53,026 bases of DNA from a bacterium (GTDB taxonomy: Bacteria > Patescibacteriota > Minisyncoccia > Minisyncoccales > DAOWIS01): NCBI GenBank assembly GCA_030640805.1, contig DAOWIS010000015.1:1-53026 (forward strand), in the 5' to 3' direction. The translations under genes and the position numbers were made by a program. The notes below the pieces were generated by a model. That model was not told the origin of the DNA. It was given only the letters and a program-made list of their open reading frames with translations, and ran no database searches. Positions 8,642 to 17,246 of this stretch are shown in pieces. Position 1 is the stretch's first letter; each line of letters starts with the position of its first letter.

Positions 8642-9724
8642 TTATAAATTTTCGTCTTTTAGTTTTTTCAATAATTCTTTCTGTTTTCTTGATAAGCTCT
8701 TGGGAGTGATAATTTTTATTATGACGATTTGGTCTCCCACTCCTCTTTGATAAAGATGAGGGATTCCCTTTCCTTTTAATCTTAATTCTTGGCTTGATTC
8801 AATACCAGCCGGTATCTTTAATTTTACTTTTCCTTCAAGGATCGGTATTTCTATTATATCTCCCAAGGCAGCCTGACTGAAACTAAGAGGTAATTCGTAA
8901 TAAACATCATTTCCTTCTCGTTTAAATTTAGGATGTTTTTTAAGATGGATTTTTACATATAAATCTCCCATTTGGCTTCCTCGAGGACCAGCTTCTCCCT
9001 TATTTTCTATTTTGATAATTTCTTTATCATTGATACCAGCCGGAATTTTTATTAATATGCTTTCTACATCTATTACTCTTCCCTGACCCTTACAAAGATT
9101 ACATTCTATTTCGGGAATTTTTCCTTCTCCTTGGCATTCCGGACAAAGACCGGTCCGAGTAATCGAGCCTAAAAATGTCCGATAAACCTGCTGAATACGA
9201 CCTCTGCCTCCGCAAGTAGGGCAGGATTTAAGATGACTTCCGGGTTCAGCTCCGTTTCCCTGACAGCGAGGACAAATTACTTTCTTCTTGAGTTTTAATT
9301 CCTGCTCCTTTCCCTTAAAGGCCTCTTCTAAAGTTATTTCTAAATCAATAGAGGTATCTTGACCTTTTCTTTTTCTTACTTTAGTTCTTGTTCCGCCTCC
9401 AAAAAAATCAGAGAAAATATCTCCTAAATCAATATCTCCAAAATCAAAACCCTGCCTACCAAAATCAAATCCTCCCTTAGATGGTCCATATCCAAAAGGT
9501 CCATAACCAGGACCCTGTCCTTCGAATGCTTTTCCAAAACGGTCATATTGGGACCGTTTTTCTTTATCTCCTAAAACCTGATAAGCCTCATTAATCTCTT
9601 TGAATTTTTTTTCATCGCCTCCTCTATCAGGATGGTGTTTATGAGCCAATTTTCGGTAGGCCTTTTTAATTTCTTCCACTGAGGCATTAGGAGAAACGTC
9701 TAATGTTTTGTAATAATCCTTCAT
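8642..9724 (-). CDS. dnaJ: Molecular chaperone DnaJ
   Basis: J domain with HPD, a G/F-rich region, and four CxxCxGxG zinc motifs. Confidence 0.95.
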   Translation of the reverse strand: MKDYYKTLDVSPNASVEEIKKAYRKLAHKHHPDRGGDEKKFKEINEAYQVLGDKEKRSQYDRFGKAFEGQGPGYGPFGYGPSKGGFDFGRQGFDFGDIDLGDIFSDFFGGGTRTKVRKRKGQDTSIDLEITLEEAFKGKEQELKLKKKVICPRCQGNGAEPGSHLKSCPTCGGRGRIQQVYRTFLGSITRTGLCPECQGEGKIPEIECNLCKGQGRVIDVESILIKIPAGINDKEIIKIENKGEAGPRGSQMGDLYVKIHLKKHPKFKREGNDVYYELPLSFSQAALGDIIEIPILEGKVKLKIPAGIESSQELRLKGKGIPHLYQRGVGDQIVIIKIITPKSLSRKQKELLKKLKDENL

Positions 9725-9838
9725 AGGAAATTTCTAATTTCTAATTTTCAATTTTAAATGAATTCTTAAATGATTTAATTTAAAAATTTAAAATTTAAAA
9801 TTGATTGAAAATTAAAAATTGATAATTGAAAATTTTTA

Positions 9839-11716
9839 TTAATCCTTTTCTTTTTTATCTTCTTCTGACTTTTTATCATCCTTGCCTTTTTCTCCTTCGT
9901 CCTTTTTCTCCTGGGTTTGCTTATACATTTCTGTTCCTAATTTCTGTAAAACAGAAGAAAGATCAGTAGTAGCATTCTTGGTTTCTTGGATATTATCCCC
10001 TTCTTTAACTTTTTTTAAAACTTCTACTTTTTCTTCTACTTCTTTTTTTAATTCGGGATTAACTTTTTCTTTTCCTTCCCTTAAAGCTTTCTGAGCTAAA
10101 TGTATTAAATTATCAGCATTATTTTTTGCTTCAACTAATTCTTTTTTCTTTTTATCTTCTTCAGCATGCATCTCGGCTTCTTTTTTCATCTTTTCAATTT
10201 CTTCAGGAGTTAAGCCCGAAGAGGCCTCAATTCTGATGGATTGCTGTTTACCGGTGGCTTTATCTTTAGCCGAAACATTTAAAATTCCATTGGCATCAAT
10301 ATCAAATGTTACTTCAATTTGAGGAATTCCTCGAGGAACTGGCGGAATACCGTCCAAAATAAACTTTCCTAATGTCTTATTATCAACCGCCATTTCTCTT
10401 TCGCCCTGAAGAACATGAATTTCCACTGAGGGTTGATTGTCAGCTGCGGTTGAGAAAATCTGGGTTTTAGCAGTTGGAATAGTAGTATTTTTGGGAATTA
10501 AAATAGTGTTTATTCCTCCTAAAGTCTCAATTCCCAAAGAAAGAGGAATAACATCCAGCAGTAAAACATCCTTCATCTCTCCTTGCAAGATTCCGGCTTG
10601 AACCGCTGCCCCAATTGCTACTACTTCATCAGGATTAATTTCTTTAGAAGGTTCTTTTCCAAAAATTTCTTTAATTTTTTGCTGAATAGCCGGCATTCTT
10701 GTTTGTCCTCCCACCAGAACTATTTCATTTATATCTTTCATAGAAAATTTAGTCTCAGAAATCACTTTATTTAATGTATCTATTGAGCGTGAGATATATT
10801 CATCGACCATTTCTTCTAACTTTGCCCGAGTAAGTTTAAGGTTAAGGTGTTTTGGACCAGAAGCATCGCTGGTAATAAAAGGAAGGTTTATCTCTGTTTC
10901 CAAGGTAGTAGAAAGTTCAATCTTGGCTTTTTCGGCTGCTTCTTTTAGTCGTTGAAGAGCTAATTTATCTTTGGCTAAATCAATACCCTGTTCTTTTTTA
11001 AATTCCGAAACTAACCAGTTGATAACCTTTTGGTCAAAGTCATCTCCTCCCAAATGAGTATCGCCGCCAGTGGCTTTTACTTCCACCGTATCTTCTCCTA
11101 CCTCCAGTACTGAAACATCAAATGTTCCTCCTCCAAAATCATAAACTACAATTTTTTCATCTTTCTTTTTACTTAAGCCATAAGCCAGAGCAGCAGCAGT
11201 TGGTTCATTAATTATTCTTCTCACTTTAAATCCAGCAATCTCTCCAGCATCTTTAGTAGCCTTTCTCTGACTGTCGTTAAAATAGGCCGGTACCGTAATT
11301 ACTGCTTCAGTTATAGTTTGACCTAATTTATCTTCGGCATCTTGTTTTAATTTTTGTAATAACATTGCTGAAATTTCTGCTGGTCCATACCATTTCTCGC
11401 CTAATTTTATTTCCACTCCCCCGTCTTTTGATTCCTGAATTTTATAACTTAAAGTATTTTTATCTTTTTGAATTTCGGAGTCAGAAAATTTTCGGCCAAT
11501 TAAACGCTTAGTTGAATAAATAGTATTTTCTGGATTAGTAATGGCTTGCCTCTTGGCTAAAATTCCCACTAATCTTTCCCCATTTTTAGAAATAGCAATT
11601 ATCGAGGGCGTAGTTCTTCCCCCTTCTTTGTTTTCGATTATTTTTGGCTCGCCGGCTTCTATTGTTGCCATCGCCGAAAAAGTAGTACCTAAATCTATAC
11701 CTCATATTTTATTCAT
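9839..11716 (-). CDS. dnaK: Molecular chaperone DnaK, with an in-frame TGA at codon 5 (11702-11704)
   Basis: Full Hsp70 sequence. The conserved GIDLGTT phosphate-1 motif lies upstream of the ORF-track start and is reached only by reading ATG AAT AAA ATA TGA GGT ATA GAT TTA GGT ACT ACT. Confidence 0.85.
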
Positions 11717-11799
11717 AATTTGTTTAGTTTTTAGATAATAGATTATAGATGATGGATTTATATCTAACATCTAAATACCCAACATCCAAAATCTAATAT

Positions 11800-12351
11800 C
11801 TACTTTACTATTCTCACCTTAGCTGATCTGATTACTTTGCCCTGAAGCAGATAACCCTTCTGGACTTCTTTTATTATTTTTCCTGATTTTTCTCCCTCTT
11901 TTTTTATTTCTTCCACGGCTTCGTGAAATTCGGGGTTAAACTCTTCTCCCAATGTTTTAATCTCTTCCAGTCCTTGTTTTTTTAAAAATTCTTCTAATTG
12001 AGATTTTATCTGAATTATTCCTTTTACCCAATCCACTTTTCTTAATTTCATATCTGGCAGATGGCTTTCAGCCCTATAAAAATTATCTAAAATTGGTAAA
12101 ATTTCTTCAATCAAATTTTCATTAGCCCATTTTCTAAAATCCACCATCAATCCTTCACTTTCTTTTTTAAAATTAATGAAGTCGGCTTTGGCTCTTTGCC
12201 AACCCATTAGATATTCTTCTTTTTCTTCCCGGCACTTTTTAAATTTTTCTTTAAGTTTTATAATTTTTTTTTCTAAAGATAATCCAGAAATTTCAGATTC
12301 CTCTATATATTCAATTTTCGATTCTTCTTTTTTTTCTTTATTTTCTGCCAT
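11800..12351 (-). CDS. grpE: Nucleotide exchange factor GrpE
   Basis: GrpE-like coiled coil and C-terminal beta domain, in hrcA-grpE-dnaK-dnaJ order. Confidence 0.9.
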   Translation of the reverse strand: MAENKEKKEESKIEYIEESEISGLSLEKKIIKLKEKFKKCREEKEEYLMGWQRAKADFINFKKESEGLMVDFRKWANENLIEEILPILDNFYRAESHLPDMKLRKVDWVKGIIQIKSQLEEFLKKQGLEEIKTLGEEFNPEFHEAVEEIKKEGEKSGKIIKEVQKGYLLQGKVIRSAKVRIVK

Positions 12352-12352
12352 T

Positions 12353-13072
12353 TTAATTTTGATTATTCAAAACTTTAACAAAATTCCGAATAAGCCCTAT
12401 GTTTTTTAAATAAGGCATTCTTTTTGGTCCCAGCATTGCTAATATTCCTTCTTCTTTACAGAGAGAGAAACGAGAAATAATTAAACTAAATTCATCTGTG
12501 GAATTTATGGGATTTTCTTTTCCAATATAAATTTTAATTTCCGGATAGTCCCAAATATCAAATTCTTCTATTTTTTTCTCAAAATGGTTTACCATTTTGG
12601 TAAATTCTGAAATATAATCTGGATCTTTGAATTCCGGCTCTTGAAAAATTCCTTGCCAACCTTCTTTCCATAAAACATTTTTCTCTAAAAGATAGATTAA
12701 AACCAGAGAAGAAGATTTTAAAGCCAAGATTTTAGTAAATTGAGAGGAAAATTTTAATAAATCCCGGGTTTCTTTTTCTAAATCTTTTATCATTTTTGAA
12801 AGCTTTTTTTCGATTTTTAAATTAGAAAAATCCTTTGTCAGAAAATCATTTACAGAAAATCGATAGCCCTTGTCAGTAGGAATTCTACCGGCCGAGGTAT
12901 AAGGTTGTTTTAAATAACCTTCTTCAGTTAATTCTTGCATCTCGTTGCGAATAGTAGCTGGACTTAAATCAAAATTATAATTCTCAACTAAAATCTGAGA
13001 GCTTACCGGAACAGCTGTTTTTATAAATTCCTTAACTATATCCTTTAAGATTAATTGTTGCCTTTTCTTCAT
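12353..13072 (-). CDS. hrcA: Heat-inducible transcription repressor HrcA (short form)
   Basis: N-terminal winged helix (VPVSSQILVE...SPATIRNEMQELTEEGYLKQPYTSAGRIPT), with CIRCE upstream. Confidence 0.85.
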   Translation of the reverse strand: MKKRQQLILKDIVKEFIKTAVPVSSQILVENYNFDLSPATIRNEMQELTEEGYLKQPYTSAGRIPTDKGYRFSVNDFLTKDFSNLKIEKKLSKMIKDLEKETRDLLKFSSQFTKILALKSSSLVLIYLLEKNVLWKEGWQGIFQEPEFKDPDYISEFTKMVNHFEKKIEEFDIWDYPEIKIYIGKENPINSTDEFSLIISRFSLCKEEGILAMLGPKRMPYLKNIGLIRNFVKVLNNQN

Positions 13073-13083
13073 ATACTTATTCT

Positions 13084-13121
13084 ATAATATAAAATTAGCA
13101 GTCAATTGTCAAGAGTGCTAA
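13084..13121 (-). promoter_or_regulatory. CIRCE operator (13095-13121) overlapping the hrcA promoter
   Basis: ttagcagtc-N9-gagtgctaa versus the consensus TTAGCACTC-N9-GAGTGCTAA. On the minus strand, TTGACA (13107-13112), a 17-nt spacer, and TATTAT (13084-13089). Confidence 0.75.
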
Positions 13122-14709
13122 AAAGACTCTTGGCTTTGTCTATTCGCTGAACAGTTTTTTCTTTTCCCAACACCTCCATAATTTCAAAAGGACCAGGCGA
13201 GGCTTTCTTCCCGGTTAAAGCCACTCTTAATGGCCAAAGTAATTTACCTCGATCTAATTTCCTTGTCCTGAGTTTATCGAAGGATTCTGCTTCCGCTAAT
13301 AAAACTTTCTCTAAATTATCTTTATTCCAATCATCACTTTTTATTTTGGAGATAATTTTTTCTAATTTAGTTAGGACCTCAAGAATCTCCTTATCTTTCA
13401 TTTCCTTCCAAGAAAGAAGATCTTTCTTGTATTCTAATTTCTCTTTAAAGAAAAAATCAGCTAACTCCGAAATTTCCGACAATTTTTTTAATCTTTCTTG
13501 GTATAAAGAAATAATTTTTTTAAGATATTCAAAATTTACTTCTTCTTTAGTTTCAGAAATTTGATAGATTTGCTTTAAATCCATTCCTCCATAGGCTGGA
13601 GGATATTGTTTTATCTTAAAGATGGGCTTTATTAATCCTTCTTCAATTAAATAAGGGATACAGAGCCAAGTTAATTCATCTAAAGGTTTTTGACGAACAT
13701 AATAACTATTAAACCAATCTAATTTTTCAATATTAAAAATTGCTCCCTGTTTCTGAACCTTTTCTAAAGAAAATTCTTTTATTAATTCTGGAAGAGTGAA
13801 AATTTCTTTGTCAGTGCCAGGATTCCAGCCAAGTAAAGCCATAAAATTAATCAGGGCCTCTAATAGATAGCCTTGTTCTCTGTATTCCCTTATAGAAACT
13901 GCTCCCTGCCTTTTACTTAATTTGCTCTTATCAGGAGCTAAAATTAAAGGCAGATGAGCATATTGGGGACGAGAAAAACCCAGTGCTTCCTGGATAAGAA
14001 TTTGTTTTGGAGTATTCGGAAGATGGTCCTCTCCTCTTATAACAGGAGTAATTTTCATTTCAAAATCATCAACCACTACAGCAAAATTATAAAGAGGTGT
14101 TTTTAGGTCTTTAGCAATAGAAATATCGCCCAAAATTCCAGTATCAGACTCTAAATCCCCTCTAATTAAATCATGAACTTTTAATTTTTTAGAAGGACAC
14201 CGGAATCTGATAATTCCTTTCTTCTTCTTGTCGCTTGTCGCTTGTCGCTTGTCGCAAACGTGCCTCGGTGCCTCTTTTCTTTTTATCTGCTCTTTTTTTT
14301 CTTTTTCCAATTCTTCTTTACTATGATAACACCAAAATGCCTGCCCAGATTCTAAAAGTTTCTTAATATATTTAGTATAACTTTCTATTCGTTGGCTTTG
14401 TCTATAAGGCCCATAATCACCGATATATCTTTGATTTTCTGGGTTTTGGGTTTTGTGATTTGTGATTTCCCCAATTTTTCTTTGAAAAATTGGGGTCGGT
14501 CCTTCATCCCATTTAATTTTTAACCATTTTAAGTTCTCCAAAATATCTCTTTCCCATTTTGGATTAGATCTTTCTAAATCAGTATCCTCAATTCTTAATA
14601 TAAAATTTCCCTTTTGTTTTTTGGCAAATAAATAATTAAAAAGAGCGGTACGAGAAGTACCGATATGAAGAGGACCAGTAGGAGATGGAGCAATACGAAC
14701 CCGAACCAT
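13102..14709 (-). CDS. gltX: Glutamyl-tRNA synthetase
   Basis: The class I HIGH motif is present as PSPTGPLHIG. The KMSKS-like motif is KLSKRQG. The start at MVRVRIAPSPTG is preferred over the longer ORF. Confidence 0.9.
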   Translation of the reverse strand: MVRVRIAPSPTGPLHIGTSRTALFNYLFAKKQKGNFILRIEDTDLERSNPKWERDILENLKWLKIKWDEGPTPIFQRKIGEITNHKTQNPENQRYIGDYGPYRQSQRIESYTKYIKKLLESGQAFWCYHSKEELEKEKKEQIKRKEAPRHVCDKRQATSDKKKKGIIRFRCPSKKLKVHDLIRGDLESDTGILGDISIAKDLKTPLYNFAVVVDDFEMKITPVIRGEDHLPNTPKQILIQEALGFSRPQYAHLPLILAPDKSKLSKRQGAVSIREYREQGYLLEALINFMALLGWNPGTDKEIFTLPELIKEFSLEKVQKQGAIFNIEKLDWFNSYYVRQKPLDELTWLCIPYLIEEGLIKPIFKIKQYPPAYGGMDLKQIYQISETKEEVNFEYLKKIISLYQERLKKLSEISELADFFFKEKLEYKKDLLSWKEMKDKEILEVLTKLEKIISKIKSDDWNKDNLEKVLLAEAESFDKLRTRKLDRGKLLWPLRVALTGKKASPGPFEIMEVLGKEKTVQRIDKAKSLFSTLDN

Positions 14710-14842
14710 AAACGCTTCGCTCAAATTCAAAATGCCAAATGACAAGTGAAAAATTAAAATTAAAAATTTTGCTTAATTGCTTCGCAATTACAAGGAGCGA
14801 AGCGACTGGTTAGTATTTTGAATTGTAATTTGGCATTTAAAA

Positions 14843-15991
14843 TTAAGTTATTAATTTCAATACTACTTCAGCTATTTTTTTTGCTGCTTTAGGTTTTGAG
14901 AATTCCTTAGCTTTCTTGCTTATTTCTTTAATTTTTTCCGGATTTTCCAAAAGAGAAGCCACTCTATTCAGAAAAAGATTGGGAGTTAAATTTTGTTCTT
15001 CTAAAACAATAGTTGCTCCATTTTTAGCAAAAGCATAAGCATTTTTTAATTGATGCCCAGCCGCGGCAGTAGATAAAGGAATTATAATACTTGGTTTTTC
15101 TGAGGCAGCGATTTCAAAAATGGTTCCCGAGCCCGCCCTGGAGATTATTAAATCGGCGACGGTATAAGCATTAGCCGCTTGCCTTTCGTCTAAAAATGGA
15201 AATGAGTGATAAAAAATTTTATTTTCGGAACCTTCTAATACAACATGGGCTTCAAGATTTACTTCTTTAAAATTTCTTTTTCCCGCTTGATGAATTATTT
15301 GATATTTAGAAAGAAGTTCGGGAAGAACAGATAGAATTAAATCATTTATAGTTCGTGCCCCTTGACTTCCTCCTATAATAAAGAGAGTGGGACGGTCTGG
15401 AGACAAGCCAAATGTCTCTCTGGCTTTCTGTTTTGTTCCTTCTAAAATCTCCCGCCGGATTGGATTACCACTGACTATAATTTTTTGCTTGGGAAAATAT
15501 TTTTTTGTTTGGAGAAAAGAGACTATAATTTTCTTTGCGAAATAAGAAAAAAAACGGTTAGTAAAGCCAGGAACAGTATCTGATTCGTGAATTACTAAAG
15601 GAATTCTATAAATTATTCCTACCAAGAGGACCGAGAAACTTCCGTATCCTCCCTTTCCCACAATTATATCCGGCATAAACTGCCAAACCCGATAAAGGGC
15701 TTGAAAAAAACCAATAAAAAGATAAAAGATATCTTTTAGGTTGGCAATTATACTGGAAATGGAAAAATCTCGGCGTATTTTTCCACTTAAAATAATTTTC
15801 CCTTTTATTTTCTCTTTTTCTAATAACTCTTGAATCCAATCATCTTTTGGTCCGACATAAAGGAATTTTAAATCTAAAACTCCATACTCTAAAATTCCAT
15901 ATCTGGGAGCAAATTTTTTGATGGATCTAGCAATGGCTATCAGGGGAAAAAGATGTCCTCCTGAGCCACCACCAGTTAATAAAATACGCAT
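14843..15991 (-). CDS. murG: UDP-N-acetylglucosamine-N-acetylmuramyl-(pentapeptide) pyrophosphoryl-undecaprenol GlcNAc transferase MurG
   Basis: N-terminal GGGSGGHLFP and a GT28 C-terminal domain, in dcw context. Confidence 0.9.
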   Translation of the reverse strand: MRILLTGGGSGGHLFPLIAIARSIKKFAPRYGILEYGVLDLKFLYVGPKDDWIQELLEKEKIKGKIILSGKIRRDFSISSIIANLKDIFYLFIGFFQALYRVWQFMPDIIVGKGGYGSFSVLLVGIIYRIPLVIHESDTVPGFTNRFFSYFAKKIIVSFLQTKKYFPKQKIIVSGNPIRREILEGTKQKARETFGLSPDRPTLFIIGGSQGARTINDLILSVLPELLSKYQIIHQAGKRNFKEVNLEAHVVLEGSENKIFYHSFPFLDERQAANAYTVADLIISRAGSGTIFEIAASEKPSIIIPLSTAAAGHQLKNAYAFAKNGATIVLEEQNLTPNLFLNRVASLLENPEKIKEISKKAKEFSKPKAAKKIAEVVLKLIT

Positions 15992-16129
15992 AAGGGATTA
16001 GAAACTTATAGAAATTTACTCACTCCGCCCTGAACCGTACGGTTCAGGGCTTCGCTCGCGAAACCCATTGAAACTTATTGTTTTTTACAATTAATTTCTA
16101 TTAATTTCGCAACCGAAGGTTGCAAGTTT

Positions 16130-17246
16130 CTATAAATTTCTATTAGTTTCTTTTGATATATTTAACAGTATTCCCGTGGCTATTAAAGTTACTACCATTG
16201 AAGAACCACCGTAACTAATAAAAGGAAGAGGAATGCCAGTCAGGGGTATTAGCCCCGAAATCGCTCCCATATTTACAAATGCCTGAAGAGTGATCCAAGT
16301 AGTAATGCCGATTGCTACCATTGATCCGAAAGGATTAAAAGAATTTTTGGCAATTTTTATTCCTCTCCAGGCAAAAATCAAAAAAAGCAAAATTATTAAA
16401 AGTGCTCCCGCAAATCCAGTACCCTTTCCCCAAAGAGCAAAAATAGAATCTCCCATTGCTTGAGGAAGAAATTTTGCAGATTGGATACTTCCCTCTAGTC
16501 CTTTTCCAAAAATTCCACCTGAGCCCAAAGCGATTAAAGATTGAGTTATTTGATAACCTTTTCCTAAAGGGTCGATTTGGGGATTAAGAAAAACAGCAAT
16601 CCTGTCTGCTCGATAAGGAGAAATTCCGACCAATCCCAAAAATAAAATACCTCCGATAATTATAACTAAAATTAAATGGGATATCCTTCCTCCTCCGATA
16701 AAAAACATTGTAGCTGCCGTTAAACAAACTATCCCTAATGTGCTAATATCTGGTTCAAGAATCAGTAAGGTTCCTATCATCCCTGTCATTATTAAAAAGG
16801 GAATTAATCCTTCTTTAAATTTTTTTATTTCTTTATTATCTCTTCTTTTTTTTTAACCAGGCTCCTAAATATATTATAAAACTTAATTTCACTATTTCCG
16901 AGGGCTGAAGGGAAAGTATACCCAGTGACAACCAGCGAGTCGCTCCTTTATAACCAATGCCAATCTTAGGGAAAAAAACCAAAAACAAAAGAAATAAACT
17001 AAAGATAAAGAGAGGCAAAGATATCTTTTTCCAAAATTGGCAAGGGAGAAAAAAAGCAATGAGACCCAATATTGCACCCGGCAAAATTCCGAACATTAAC
17101 TGATGTCGCAAATACCAATAAGGATCTCCAAAATTCTCTTTAGAAATATTGAAAGCAGCAAAACTTAAAATTAACAGTCCTATTAATAATAATAGCACAA
17201 CTGATGTCAGTAGCACATAATCTGGTTTTTGCTTCTCTTCTTTCAT
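16130..17246 (-). CDS. ftsW: SEDS protein FtsW/RodA, split into two ORFs by a frameshift in an A9 tract
   Basis: ORFs 16836..17246 (N-terminal part) and 16130..16789 (C-terminal part) are both SEDS-like. The downstream frame is open back to 16852, inside the homopolymer at 16846-16854. Confidence 0.8.

Noticed and set aside
11702-11704. An alternative genetic code (TGA as Gly or Trp) for the whole genome
   Set aside because: Nearly all genes are intact under the standard code. At least gltX (13102-13104) and 36597..37265 end naturally at TGA with family-typical lengths. The dnaK TGA is therefore treated as a local anomaly.
9882-11738. Antisense ORFs inside dnaK, and similar ones inside the ATPase, htpX, lemA, murD, murC and gap genes
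   Set aside because: These are short, low-complexity frames opposite strongly supported conserved genes, which is typical of AT-rich antisense reading frames.
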